Origin: an uncultured Phycisphaerales bacterium
GTDB taxonomy: Bacteria > Planctomycetota > Phycisphaerae > Sedimentisphaerales > Anaerobacaceae
Assembly (NCBI GenBank): GCA_963772725.1
Contig: CAVYYI010000002.1
Location: 416,001 to 480,000, forward strand
DNA: 64,000 nucleotides
Reading direction: 5' to 3'
In this document: positions 51,047 to 62,564 of the stretch, piece after piece
Position numbering within the stretch: position 1 is the first letter of the stretch
Layout of the letters: each line of letters begins with the position of its first letter
Program-made: the position numbers and the translations under genes
The notes under the pieces: model-generated
Databases searched by the model: none
What the model was told of the DNA's origin: nothing
Seen by the model: only the letters and a program-made list of their open reading frames with translations

Positions 51047-52084
51047 ATGCAGAATTTATCTGACAGCGGCAGCCGGGAATTTATGCTGATAGGTAATGTC
51101 AGCATAGCCTTCAATGACGCTGAAAACCTCAAGGAATCACCCTGCGAAGTTTATGAAAATATACTTGAGGGTATCGACACGGCAGCAAAATATAATTTCA
51201 AAAAAATCGGCGTCGTGGCAAGCGGAATGGCCGGTGAACTCGCCCCGGCGTTAAAGGCGTTAAGAACAGCCAGCAGAGCGAAAATTATTCTTCTTGTGCG
51301 GATGTATGAAGAACCGCTGGCGGTCAGACTTGTCAATTCAGCCAATAACGGCGCAGCTCTGGCGGACGATTACCTGATTTGCCCTGTTCAGACAAAAAGT
51401 TTTTTGGGGCCTGTCTTACCCGACAGAGATAAACAGATGAGCCGGTCTGCCCCCGCCGTGGAAAACCAGAGCGACTCGAAAAGGCATGTGCTTGAAGAAC
51501 TGGCGACCACCGATGAGCTGACAGGATTGAAGAACCGCAGGTACATCTGGGAATTCGCCAGACAGATTATTGAACACTCGAAAAAGACCGGCGGGCGGGT
51601 TACACTGCTTATGTTCGATATCGACAATTTCAAGCATTATAACGATGTTTACGGCCATCCGGCGGGCGATGAAATCTTAAAGCAGGCGGCGGTCTTAATG
51701 AAGCGGAGTTGCCGCTGGCATGATGTCGTCGGAAGAATTGGCGGCGATGAGTTCACCGTTGTCTTCTGGGACGACCCGCAGAAGCAAAAAACCGGCAGCG
51801 AAGAGGAGAGGCGTTCCACCCAGGCGGACCATCCTAAAGAGGTACTCTTTATCGCACAGCGTTTCAGAAGAGAATTGAATAGTGCCGAACTGCCGCTGCT
51901 TGGACCTGAGGGTAAAGGCGTTCTGGCGATTAGCGGCGGCCTGGCGAGCTACCCGCGCGACGGCTCAACCATCGAGGAGCTTTTCAAACAGGCCGACACC
52001 GCCCTGCTTGACGCCAAACGCAGCGGGAAAAACAGAATATACATCGTCGGAAAACCTGACAGCGACATAGCCGATATCAGGTGA
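51047..52084 (+). CDS. Diguanylate cyclase
   Basis: DELTGLKNRR, DIDNFK, GHPAGD, RWHD I-site, intact GGDEF. Confidence 0.93.
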   Translation: MQNLSDSGSREFMLIGNVSIAFNDAENLKESPCEVYENILEGIDTAAKYNFKKIGVVASGMAGELAPALKALRTASRAKIILLVRMYEEPLAVRLVNSANNGAALADDYLICPVQTKSFLGPVLPDRDKQMSRSAPAVENQSDSKRHVLEELATTDELTGLKNRRYIWEFARQIIEHSKKTGGRVTLLMFDIDNFKHYNDVYGHPAGDEILKQAAVLMKRSCRWHDVVGRIGGDEFTVVFWDDPQKQKTGSEEERRSTQADHPKEVLFIAQRFRRELNSAELPLLGPEGKGVLAISGGLASYPRDGSTIEELFKQADTALLDAKRSGKNRIYIVGKPDSDIADIR

Positions 52085-52203
52085 TTCAAATTAACCACGA
52101 ATGCACACGAATAAACACAATTAAATCTGCGCAAATCTGTCTGCCTCACCTTAGTTGGCGAAAGCGTGTGTCAACCAGCGGTTAAATAAGTATTTTTAAC
52201 TCG

Positions 52204-52539
52204 CTATTCCGGAACGGGGAGTTCATTTTCCTGACGGTTGAGTTTGGCCAGTTCCGCCAGCGACATCGGCTCAGCGACTTTGCGGTAGCCAATCGCGATT
52301 ATGACCTCAAGTACTTCTGTCCAGGTAGGAAATGGTTTTGCGTTTTTCCGCTTGAATTCATCAATCGCCCGCAGAAATTCCATCTGTTCATCGGTCATCT
52401 GCCCTTCCTCGGCGGCTTTACGCGAATCGCTTCTGCGTCTGCCTGGACCCCGGTGAAGGTTCAGACCCAAGCGTCTGTCAACGACATTCTGCCTGCGGTC
52501 GTAATTGGGAAGGTCTTTTATAAAATCCTGTTCACTCAT
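52204..52539 (-). CDS. Small Arg-rich protein (DRR repeats)
   Basis: [10 protein letters not shown]...GRRRSD...[15 protein letters not shown]. Confidence 0.75.
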   Translation of the reverse strand: MSEQDFIKDLPNYDRRQNVVDRRLGLNLHRGPGRRRSDSRKAAEEGQMTDEQMEFLRAIDEFKRKNAKPFPTWTEVLEVIIAIGYRKVAEPMSLAELAKLNRQENELPVPE

Positions 52540-52556
52540 TTTTGTTCTCCTGTGGA

Positions 52557-52874
52557 TTAATAATCGTAGTCAGAAATTCCATCGATTAAATCGTCTTCAT
52601 CGTCTTCGGAAGAAAAATCGTAAATGTCATCGTAGGAACTCTGCGACTCAATTATTATCTGTGCCTCGTTGAGATATTCTTCAGGGACAAGGACTGCCAG
52701 CGTTTTTTCATCGGCTGACTCCTCGTATTCCTCTTTTACCATCGCGGGGATGTCGTTATTTTTAAGAAGGCTTTCATAATCCCTGGCCTGTTCCATATCT
52801 TCAGCATAGCAGACAGCGACCAGTTCCTTCGTTTTTGTGCTCATTTTCCTGTTTTTTGATGAACGCTTTGTCAT
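52557..52874 (-). CDS. DUF2007-like small protein with acidic tail
   Basis: [11 protein letters not shown]...[11 protein letters not shown] pattern. Confidence 0.65.
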   Translation of the reverse strand: MTKRSSKNRKMSTKTKELVAVCYAEDMEQARDYESLLKNNDIPAMVKEEYEESADEKTLAVLVPEEYLNEAQIIIESQSSYDDIYDFSSEDDEDDLIDGISDYDY

Positions 52875-53223
52875 CTCAGTATCTCCATAACATAACAAAA
52901 ACACTTTTCTTTAATACCAATACCGCCTGGCAAATCTGAGAAGTTTTTCGCTCTGACCTATTCGTCAAAAAACGCGGGGGTAATTATTAAAATCATGGAA
53001 AATTTTTGCTAAAAATGTAAAAAAACAAGAACCCACAGACCGCATTGTAAAAATGTGAACTTGCTTATAAGGCCGTATAATCTAAAAAAAATGCATTTCT
53101 ACGTATTTTTTTATTGCAAAATTCGATTATTATAGGTACTAAGACATACTAACGTGCCGGCCTTACGGATAAGTTCGAGCCGGGAATGGGAAAATTATTA
53201 TTTTAACATGGAGGTATTTTCGA

Positions 53224-53415
53224 ATGGCAAAAAAAGAATCCAGAGACTCTTTGATAGTAGCCAGCAAAGTAAAGGCTTACATCAAAAGCAAAAAAATGAT
53301 GACAGCATCTGACTCGCTCGCCAAAATAAGCGACAAGGTGTATTGCATGCTTGATCTCGCGATTGAACGGACAAAGGCCAATCGCCGCAGCACCGTCAAG
53401 CCGCAGGACCTGTAA
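53224..53415 (+). CDS. Bacterial histone-fold protein (singlet, Bd0055/HBb-like)
   Basis: LIVASKVKAYIK, long central helix, RTKANRRSTVKPQDL (RxTV...DL histone L2/alpha3 motif); GGAGG RBS. Confidence 0.88.
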   Translation: MAKKESRDSLIVASKVKAYIKSKKMMTASDSLAKISDKVYCMLDLAIERTKANRRSTVKPQDL

Positions 53416-53468
53416 ACAGCTCAGGCAGAAACGCTTATTGGGTTTCTGCAGTAATATGGATGCAATTT

Positions 53469-53509
53469 AAAAGCCGTTCCTGTATGGTTTATACAGGAGC
53501 GGTTTTTTT
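53469..53509 (+). terminator. Intrinsic terminator after the histone gene
   Basis: GCCGTTCCTGTAT...ATACAGGAGCGGT followed by a T-tract. Confidence 0.85.
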
Positions 53510-53909
53510 ATTTAATACGGTATTTTATCGGCCGTTAAATTCAACAGCTGTATTACCATATACTTTGTCGCCTCAACTTATCAATTAGTTATCGGTCCTT
53601 AGTCATAAAGGAACTCATTTTATACCAATAAATAAATCATCTGTACCATTTACTGTTCCATATTTATAGGACATCAAAAAAGTCTTAAAATATTTGTTTA
53701 TCAGTATCAAAAATTAGCTTTTTTCAGAAGATTTACTTAACTTCGCATAGGCAAAACCCCGATTTATATAACAGGAATCATTAAAAGAGTTTCATTCTTA
53801 GCAATTACATCTAAGGAAGCAGGTTTAGATGCCGACAAGATAGTTATTGCCGGACAAACCGGCCAATGACCTTTTTGTTTTTTATTTAAGATAACTATCG
53901 AGGGTTGAA

Positions 53910-55230
53910 ATGAAAGTTTTTATGTTGGGCTGGGAATTTCCGCCGTTCATCAGCGGCGGTCTGGGGACGGCTTGTTACGGATTAACAAAAGCCATGACCC
54001 AGCTCGATTTAAAAGTTACTTTCGTACTGCCAAAACTTGTTGACAGCAAATACGCAACACACGTCAAATTGTTAAATCCGCGATGCCTGACGGACAAATC
54101 CTTCGCTGCTTCATACCGATTCGATGAATTGAAAAATGTAACGTTTATGACAATCAAGTCCCCCCTGCAGCCATATTCAACACCCGAAATTTATCAGCAG
54201 AAAATTGAAGAAACACTCAAGCAAAAACGGCTTGCCAGAGAGGGTTTCACGGTTAAGGAAGATACCTCTGTCACGGGGACTGATTACAGCGGCGATATGT
54301 ACACCGAGGTTCATCGATATGCCGCCATGGCGGCACGACTGGCACTAAATGAGCAATTTCGATATTATTCATGCCCACGACTGGATGACCTATCCGGCGG
54401 CAATCGCGGTGGCGGCAATGACCGGCAAGCCGCTGGTGGTGCACGTGCATTCGACGGAATTTGACCGCAGCGGCGAACATGTCAATCAGATGATTTACGA
54501 TATCGAACGCAAAGGGATGCACGCCGCGGACAGAATTATCGCGGTAAGCCATCTGACGCGAAATATCATTATCAGCCGCTACGGCATACCGGGCGAAAAA
54601 GTTGAAGTCGTCTATAACGGCGTTGAACGCAATGGTAACGGAAAGCATCATACGGACCTTGCCGGAAGTCGGATATTGATAAAGATGAAAAAATCGTGCT
54701 GTTTCTCGGCCGAATCACGATGCAGAAAGGGCCGGAATATTTTCTGGCGGCCGCCAAAAAAGTGCTCGAAGTAGATGGACAATGTCAAATTCGTGATGGC
54801 CGGCTCCGGCGATATGATGCGCACGGACCATCGAAATGGCCGCCGGACTGGGCATCGGCCACAAAGTGCTTTTTACCGGCTTTTTGCGGGGTGAGGACGT
54901 TGAGAAGGTATTTCAGATGGCGGATCTGTATGTGATGCCGTCTGTTTCAGAGCCTTTCGGAATCGCCCCGCTTGAAGCGCTTGAATCATGATGTGCCGGT
55001 GATCATCAGCAAGCAAAGCGGCGTTGCAGAAGTGCTCACGCACGCCCTGAAAGTCGATTTCTGGGATGTCGATGAAATGGCCAACAAGATTATCGCGGTG
55101 CTGAAATATCCGCCGCTGCAGAATGACGCTGCGAGAACACGGCAATTTTGAGGTCAGAAAATTGCAGATGGAAAGATTCGCCGCACAGCGTTGTGCAAGA
55201 ATTTATGGAGAAATATTGGTAAGCGTTTAA
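53910..55230 (+). CDS. GT4 glycosyltransferase (glycogen-synthase-like), multiple frameshifts
   Basis: GWEFPPFISGGLG, HAHDWMT, HSTEFDR, GRITMQKGP, SEPFG. Confidence 0.88.
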
Positions 55231-55261
55231 ATTATAGAAAGCGGATGTAAAAGGCGATAAT

Positions 55262-56491
55262 ATGGCTTCAATATGTTTTTATTTTCAGGTTCATCAGCCG
55301 TTTCGGCTGCGGCATTACACGGTCTTTGATAAAAGCACCGCACTATTTTGACGATTACAAAAACGCGACCATCTGCCGCAAGGTCGCCAACAAATGCTAT
55401 CTGCCGACCAATCGGCTGATGCTGGATATCATAAGCAGATATGAGGGCAGATTCAAGATTTCATACAGCATCACCGGTACACTGCTTGAACAGCTTCAGC
55501 AATACTGCCCGGAAGTGATGAGCACATTTGATGCGCTTGCGCAGACAGGCTGCGTAGAATTCTCGGCGAAACTTATTATCACAGTCTGAGCTTTCTTGTA
55601 TTCGCGGGAGGAATTCATCGAACAGGTCAACAAGCACACGCGACACCATCAAGCGGCTCTTCGGTCAAACACCCGCGTATTCCGCAATACCGAACTGATT
55701 TACAATAACGATCTTGCGGCGACACATCGAGTCAATCGGCGGATTTGACGCGATATTAGCCGAAGGGGCAGACCATATCCTCGGCTATCAGAAGTCCGAA
55801 CTTTGTCTATCGCCCGCCCAATTGCAGCGAGCTTAAAGCTGCTGCTGAAAAATTACACGCTCAGCGACGATATCGCGTTTCGATTTTCAAACCGCGGCTG
55901 GGCCGAATGGCCGCTGACGGCCGACAAATTCACCGGATGGGTCAATCAGGTCAACGGCTACGGCTATGTCGTCAATCTGTTTATGGATTATGAAACATTC
56001 GGCGACACCAGTGGGAAGATACCGGCATATTTGAGTTTATGAGGCATCTGCCGGAAGAAATCTTCAAACATCCCGACAATAATTTTAAAACTCCCAGCGA
56101 GGTGGTGGCCAAACCTACGAAGCCAGCGATGTCGTTGATGTGCCGCATCATGATAAGCTGGGCGGATATCGAAAGAGATCTGTCGGCGTGGCTGGGCAAT
56201 CGCGATGCAGTCGAACGCACTGCATGAAATTTATCGGCTTGAAAAGCAAGGTCAAAGCAACCGGCGACGAAGCAATCATTGAACGACTGGCGAAAACTGC
56301 AGACCTCCGACCATTTCTATTATATGTGCACCAAGTGGTTCTCGGATGGCGATGTGCATAAGTATTTCAATCCGTATGATTCGCCTTACGATTCCTACAT
56401 CAATTTTATGAATGTGCTTTCAAATCTCCAGGGCCGCTGTATCGTGAAAACCGCAGGCAAAAAAGATGATTTATTTTCAACTCTAACCTGA
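55262..56491 (+). CDS. GH57 alpha-amylase/4-alpha-glucanotransferase, multiple frameshifts
   Basis: FQVHQP, FRNTE, LSDDIAFRFS, DYETFG, SWAD, LQTSDHFYY. Confidence 0.9.
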
Positions 56492-56637
56492 AAAACTCTC
56501 GCTTTACAAATCAAAAGTGGATAAAATTACCTCTACATCGCAACTAATCCGCCAAAAACGGATTGTTTTGTTCTTTGGGGGTTCGAATTTTGAATTTGTT
56601 TAGGTATTAAAATTTAGAGCTTAGGATTTTTTATTAT

Positions 56638-58665
56638 ATGGCGTTATCTGAAATAATTGCTCCTGTACAAATCAGCGGCACGTCTCTCGATGAACTGCTC
56701 AGCAAGGAATGGCTGCTTACCAACAATCGAGGCGGCTATGCATCCTCCTCTATTCTCGGCTGCAATACCAGAAGATACCATGGCCTGCTTATCGGTTCAC
56801 TCACCCCTCCGGTCAATAGAATAACGGCTCTGTCGAACTGCTTTGAAATGCTGACTCAGAACGGGCAAAACATAAACCTCTCTACGTTCGAGTTTAACGA
56901 TGAAGTCCACCCGCAGGGTTTTAAGTATTTAAAATGTTTTCGCCGCGATATTGGCGCTCATTTTGATTACGATACCGGCGGCGTTGAGCTGACTAAATCG
57001 GTATATCTGCTCAGAGATACCGACACCGTGGCGGTCGTCTATAATTTTATCAATACTAAATCACCGGCAGAATTCATCCTGCGCCCGCTCATAAGCCTGC
57101 GGGATTTTCACTCTCTCCAGAAATCTTACGCACCGCTGCGACTCGAATCCCGTGAAAATTGCCTCGTTATCCGCAACAGCCGTAATGGCGATATGGACTG
57201 TGAATTGGCGATAACCTGCCCTGCGATGCCCTTCGAAAAAGACCCGCAGTGGTGGTACAATTTCGAATACCGCGTTGACAAAGAAAGAGGCCAGGAATTT
57301 AACGAAGACCTCTGGTCGCCAGGCATTTTCAAACTTATGATAGATTCGCCGACAAAAATTATTCTCTGGGCAAGTATCAGTGAAAACGCAAATCTCCGGG
57401 AACTTACAAATTACGATATTGACTCGGTCTGTAAAAATCTGGAGCGACATCAAGCCGACATAACCGCAAAAGCCGAAGACGAAAATCTCAGGCTGCTCTA
57501 TCTGGCCGCCGACCAGTTCATCACTAAGCGAACTATCGGCACGGAATCGCTAAACAACCCGGCGCCGGCAGAGCGCACCACTATTTTGGCGGGCTATCCG
57601 TGGTTTGCCGACTGGGGCAGAGATACCTTCATATCCCTGCCCGGCCTGCTGCTGTCAACCAAACGATTCGATGAGGCCAAATCCGTCCTCATCACCTTCG
57701 CCCACGCCGTTGACCAGGGAATGGTTCCAAACAGGTTCGATGACCGCAGCGCCACCGCGTATTTCAACAGCATTGACGCGTCGCTATGGTTTATACACGC
57801 CGCCTTTGAATATCTAAATACTGCCGGTGATTCCGAAACTTTCATTTGGCAGCTTCTTCCCGTTATCAAAACCATAATGGAATACTACCAGAATGGAACC
57901 CGCTTCGGCATCCACGCCGACTCCGATGGCCTTATAACCGCCGGAAGCATCGAAACACAGCTCACCTGGATGGATGCCAAGTTCGGCGGTGTGGCGTTTA
58001 CCCCGCGATACGGAAAAGCCGTCGAAATCAACGCCCTGTGGTACAACAGCCTCTGCTCGCTCGCCGATTTTTATTCGCCGCACGATGCGACGACCGCTCA
58101 CTATTACAAGATTATGGCCGACAAGGTAAAGACTGGTTTCTGTCAAGCTTTCTGGAATGAAAAAATCGGCTGCCTCAATGACTGTGTGTTTCCCAACGGC
58201 TCGGTCGATGCGAGCCTTCGCCCGAACCAGATTTTCGCCGTTTCGCTGAAACATTCACCGCTGCCGCCCCATCAGCAAAAATCCGTGGTCGAAATTGTGC
58301 AAAGAGAATTACTTACCCCGTATGGATTACGCACGCTGAACAAAAACAGCAGCCGCTACAAAGCCATATACACCGGCCCGCAACAGTATCGGGACGAGGC
58401 CTATCATCAGGGTACGGCCTGGCCTTTCCTTATAGGCCCCTTCGTCCAAGCTTATCTAAAAGTAAACAATTTCAGCAAAGAAAGTAAAACTCAGGGGCGT
58501 AAATTCCTCAACCCCCTGCTTCACCATTTGACCAGTGATGGCTGTCTGGCAAGTGTCTCGGAAATATTCGACGCCGACCCGCCCCACAAACCTCGCGGCT
58601 GCTTCGCCCAGGCATGGAGCGTTGCAGAACTGCTCAGAGCATATTACCTCACGGAACAAACGTAA
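56638..58665 (+). CDS. Glycogen debranching enzyme (amylo-alpha-1,6-glucosidase, GH133-like)
   Basis: EWLLTN, TRRYHGLL, AGYPWFADWGRD, TWMDAK, RPNQ, YHQG, QAWSVAE. Confidence 0.93.
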   Translation: MALSEIIAPVQISGTSLDELLSKEWLLTNNRGGYASSSILGCNTRRYHGLLIGSLTPPVNRITALSNCFEMLTQNGQNINLSTFEFNDEVHPQGFKYLKCFRRDIGAHFDYDTGGVELTKSVYLLRDTDTVAVVYNFINTKSPAEFILRPLISLRDFHSLQKSYAPLRLESRENCLVIRNSRNGDMDCELAITCPAMPFEKDPQWWYNFEYRVDKERGQEFNEDLWSPGIFKLMIDSPTKIILWASISENANLRELTNYDIDSVCKNLERHQADITAKAEDENLRLLYLAADQFITKRTIGTESLNNPAPAERTTILAGYPWFADWGRDTFISLPGLLLSTKRFDEAKSVLITFAHAVDQGMVPNRFDDRSATAYFNSIDASLWFIHAAFEYLNTAGDSETFIWQLLPVIKTIMEYYQNGTRFGIHADSDGLITAGSIETQLTWMDAKFGGVAFTPRYGKAVEINALWYNSLCSLADFYSPHDATTAHYYKIMADKVKTGFCQAFWNEKIGCLNDCVFPNGSVDASLRPNQIFAVSLKHSPLPPHQQKSVVEIVQRELLTPYGLRTLNKNSSRYKAIYTGPQQYRDEAYHQGTAWPFLIGPFVQAYLKVNNFSKESKTQGRKFLNPLLHHLTSDGCLASVSEIFDADPPHKPRGCFAQAWSVAELLRAYYLTEQT

Positions 58666-58676
58666 ATTTTTGTGTT

Positions 58677-59474
58677 TTAGCCGTAATATGAGCAGCAGGT
58701 TTTGTCCGTTTCCCATACGGTTATGCTGTGCAACGGGGTTTTGTGAAATTTATGCGAGAGTTGCTCCCATGCGTAAATGGCGATGTTTTCCACGGTCGGA
58801 TTTGTTTTTGCGAAATAAGGCACGTCGGCGTTTAGATTTTTATGGTCAATGAGCTTTATGAGGTTATCATCAACGACCTTTTCGAACTCGCCGACGAGTA
58901 AATCGCCGCCGGGAAACTTCACGGTAACCTCGATAATATAATTATGCCCGTGGCCCGATGGATTGGCGCACTTGCCAAAAACATCGAAATTCCACTGAGA
59001 GGCAAATTCCTCGTTCCACAGCTTGTGCATCGCTGCAAATTCAAACTTTTCGCTAAAGTAAATCATTTTTTTATCCTCGCAATCAATCGCCAGTTTCCTG
59101 TAAGGATTCAGTTTCAGGCTGATTTCGCTCATTACAGCTTTACCGAACTTGCCGGCCAGTTGGTCTTTGGCCTGCCTTAAAAGTTCAGCTATTTCCGCAT
59201 AACCGATATGGCTGGCCCGCCGGTAATAAGTCCTGACGGTTTCAGCGAATATCGGCACGACATATTGCCGCACCTGCTCATCGATATCAAGCACGTTAAT
59301 CACAAATCCGCTGTCTTTGTCAACTCCGCCGACAAGGGCAATACCGATTTCCAAAAAAATCGCCAGCCCCTCTCCCGCGGGCTTCGACGCGAAAGCGTTT
59401 TCGCCGTCAATATCCTGCGGCAAAAATGGATTTATCGAAAACCGCACCTGTCTTGTCAGTTTATGCATAACCAA
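58677..59474 (-). CDS. 6-pyruvoyl/6-carboxy-tetrahydropterin synthase-like protein with tandem T-fold domains
   Basis: FAAMH...CANPSGHGHNY, DHKNLN, PTVENIA, VWET; degenerate N-terminal copy. Confidence 0.85.
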   Translation of the reverse strand: MVMHKLTRQVRFSINPFLPQDIDGENAFASKPAGEGLAIFLEIGIALVGGVDKDSGFVINVLDIDEQVRQYVVPIFAETVRTYYRRASHIGYAEIAELLRQAKDQLAGKFGKAVMSEISLKLNPYRKLAIDCEDKKMIYFSEKFEFAAMHKLWNEEFASQWNFDVFGKCANPSGHGHNYIIEVTVKFPGGDLLVGEFEKVVDDNLIKLIDHKNLNADVPYFAKTNPTVENIAIYAWEQLSHKFHKTPLHSITVWETDKTCCSYYG

Positions 59475-59519
59475 CTCAAAACTAAAAACTTAAAATTCAA
59501 AACTATTGTCTTTTGTTTG

Positions 59520-60020
59520 TCAGGATTTTTCAAGAAGTTTTACTAAAACCTGAGCGACCTGTTCAGCCGCTATGATAACTTCTTTCGAGGGCGAGGCACC
59601 TACTGCGAGGGTTTTGGGCTGAATACCGATAATGACAGCCTTATATTTTAGGAATTGAGAAAGGTAATCGGTCATAACTTTCGCTGGCAGGCTGTGCGTA
59701 CAGAATGTAACGCCGCCGATGTCATCTGGATTTATCACTGTGATTTGCCCCGGACTGCCGCCAAATTCGGCGGAATCGATAATTACCAGATGGGTCGGCT
59801 GGAGTCTTTTTATTTCGCCGGTAAGATTTTCAGGCGCGGTTTCCCCGATAAGAACATTAACCTGTACTGCTGCTGGTTTTTTAGCGATTATTTTTTCGAT
59901 ATGTCCAGCGGCAAGAATACCTGCGATATCATCGCCGCGAAGTTCCGAACCTACACCGAGAATGACAACGCGGGAGGCATTTTCAAGCTTTTGTTTGAGT
60001 ACCGACGAGAGGCTCTGCAC
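59520..60020 (-). CDS. hycI: Hydrogenase maturation endopeptidase (HycI-type); true start uncertain
   Basis: GVGSELRGDDIAG, APEN, IIDS, THSLP, GIQP. Confidence 0.9.
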   Translation of the reverse strand: MQSLSSVLKQKLENASRVVILGVGSELRGDDIAGILAAGHIEKIIAKKPAAVQVNVLIGETAPENLTGEIKRLQPTHLVIIDSAEFGGSPGQITVINPDDIGGVTFCTHSLPAKVMTDYLSQFLKYKAVIIGIQPKTLAVGASPSKEVIIAAEQVAQVLVKLLEKS

Positions 60021-60366
60021 TAAGAACCACCTTTAATTTTTCATGTTTGAGATTAGCCAGCTCGAATTGTTTGGTAGATTCGAGCGCCTTTTTAGGACAC
60101 GAATCAACGCATTGAGCACAATAAATACATTTCGCAAGGTCGATTTCGCACTCGATTTTCCCTTCGCTTGTTTTTGTGATTGTGATGGCGTTCGACGGGC
60201 AGTCTCTCATGCACAGCTTGCAGCCTATACATTTTTCAGGATAGAATTTCAGCTTGCCGCGAAACTTGTCCGGCATTTCGACTTTTATAAACGGATATGG
60301 AATAGTCGCAGGCTTTTTGAACAAAGACTGCAGAACCTGTATAATCATTTTTCCGGGTCTTATCAT
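59983..60366 (-). CDS. 2x[4Fe-4S] subunit (NuoI/EchF-like)
   Basis: FRG, CIGCKLCMRDCP, CIYCAQCVDSCP. Confidence 0.92.
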   Translation of the reverse strand: MIRPGKMIIQVLQSLFKKPATIPYPFIKVEMPDKFRGKLKFYPEKCIGCKLCMRDCPSNAITITKTSEGKIECEIDLAKCIYCAQCVDSCPKKALESTKQFELANLKHEKLKVVLSAEPLVGTQTKA

Positions 60367-61315
60367 TATATTTTTATTCCTTTTAGAGCAAGGTCGGCCA
60401 GAAGCTGCAGAAATGCCAGCGGAGCGACATATTTCCAGCAGAAATTAACCATCTGGTCTATGCGCAGCCGGGCGAATATAGTTCTAAGCACCGACAACAG
60501 CGCAACTATAAACAATACCTTGACTATATAAAAGACAAATCCCGCCGCCGGGCCAAATTGCATTCCGAACGGCAGAAATACTGCCGCCAGAAGCGAGGCG
60601 GCTACAATTAGTTCCATATCAATCGCGAGTCTGAAAATCGCCAGCAGTTTTCCGCTGTATTCGGTAAACGCCCCCGCGACAATTTCCGTTTCCGCCTCGG
60701 GAATATCGAAGGGGACTTTTTCGAGTTTGCCGAGAAGAGAGACCAGTGCAATCGCAAAACCAAATACGTTGAATAACGCGTATAAGGGGTGCTGACTGTA
60801 GAAGACAGATATTTCGACTAATCGACCACGTATCGGCCAGCATCGCTGGGGCAAGTATGCTCAGAAACAGCGGAATCTCGTACGCGAAAAACTGCGTAAT
60901 TGCCCGTGTTGCGCCGATTCATTGAAAAGACGCTGCGGGAATACCACCCGCCGAGGAAAAACGTCAGGGTAGGAATCGTGAGCAGATAGAGGACAACAAT
61001 GAGGTCGCCGTAAAATGACGACAGTGCCTGTGGCCGCCAAATCGGGATATAGAAAAAGGCCGCCAGCGTCGATGTAACAGCGATAACGGGCATAAGCTTG
61101 AATATGACCTCATCAGCCCCCGTGGGAATTATGGTTTCCTTCGCGATAAGTTTTATGAAATCGGCAAAAGGCTGAAACCACGGCGGGCCCATCCTGTTCT
61201 GCAGTTTCGCATAGAGTTTTCGGTCGACATATTCCGCCATCAGGCCGAAAACGCCTACAAACAAAAAACCCGGGAATATTAAAATATTAAAGATATACAA
61301 AATCGTATCAGCCAT
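60366..61315 (-). CDS. Membrane subunit (NuoH/EchB-like), frameshifted near 60820-60920
   Basis: DRKLYAKLQNRMGPP, PFDIPEAETEIVAG, RLRID. Confidence 0.9.
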
Positions 61316-62547
61316 TATTTTAATTCTTTCGAAAGTTTTTTATTCAAATCCGCAAAATTAATACCCTGTCCGCGATACCACTCGATGCCGTAATTTCGCA
61401 GATGAGTCCAGCTTCATAATATCGGCGCAGAGTTATCGGCGTTTCTAACGGTTATCGCACGGTCGGTGCAGGAGAAACACGGGTCAATCGCCGCGATTAC
61501 GATAGGCATATCGGCAAGGTACCTGTCTTTCGAGCATCTTCGCGACGACCTGAACATTGGCCAGTGTCGGCGCACGGACTTTTACTCTTTCGGGCTTTTC
61601 AGTGCCGTTTGCTTTGACGTAGTGGACATCCTCGCCCCGGGGGGCTTCATAGCGGCTGAACGCCTCACCGGCAGGAATCTTGCGGGGCGCCTTGACAGCT
61701 ATCGGGCCGTCAGGCAACTGCCTGAGAATCTGCCGAATCATTTGATACGACTCCATAAGTTCGCCGACCCGTACCAGAGTCCTGCCGTAAACGTCGTTGT
61801 GATTATCCGTAATTACCTTAAATGAAAGCTCGCCGTATGCAGCATAAGGGTCATCTCGCCTGATGTCCCTGTCAACGCCTGAAGCGCGGGCGGTCGGGCC
61901 GACTGCGCCAAGCCTGATGGCATCATCTCTGGATAAAACACCGACACCGGAAAGCCGCTCAATTAATGTTTCCTCAGTTGTGGCGACCTGAATGTAATAT
62001 TTGGTTCGCTCTTCGAGGGTATCAACCGCCGTCAGAATCTGCTGTATCTGTTCAGGGGTTATATCCCGCCTGACGCCGCCGATGGTATTCATCCCGTAGT
62101 TGACGCGGTTGCCGGTAAGAAGAGCCAGTATATCCATAACAACTTCGCGGTCTCGCCAGGTATACATAAGGAGAGTATCGAAACCTATTTCGTGTCCCGC
62201 CACACCAAGCCACAGCAGATGACTGTGAACTCTCTCAAGTTCAGCTACTAAAGTGCGGATATAAAGAGCCCGCTTTGGGACCTCCAGACCGGCGATTTCC
62301 TCTACCGCCTGGATAAAGCAGGTGGAATGTGAATGCGAGCAAATACCGCAGACGCGCTCGATAAGATAAATATCCTGGATGTAGGTGCGTTCCTCGCAGG
62401 CCTTTTCGATGCCGCGGTGATTGTATCCGAGCCTGACATTCATAGCGGCAATTTTTTCGCCTTTAATATGACATTGAAACTCTCCGGTTCCTTTAACGCC
62501 GGGTGCTGAGGCCCTATCGTAATTTTAAAATTTTTCGAATCAGGCAT
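61315..62547 (-). CDS. Group 4 [NiFe] hydrogenase large subunit (frameshifts)
   Basis: GPQHP, HRGIEK, L1 ERVCGICS, EAPRGE, L2 DPCFSCTDR followed by a C-terminal extension. Confidence 0.92.
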
Positions 62548-62564
62548 TTTCACTTACCTCCTTC

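Noticed and set aside
52093..52185. Degenerate CACGAAT / AAATCTG repeats between convergent genes
   Set aside because: They look like a decayed dispersed repeat but are too short and irregular to define.
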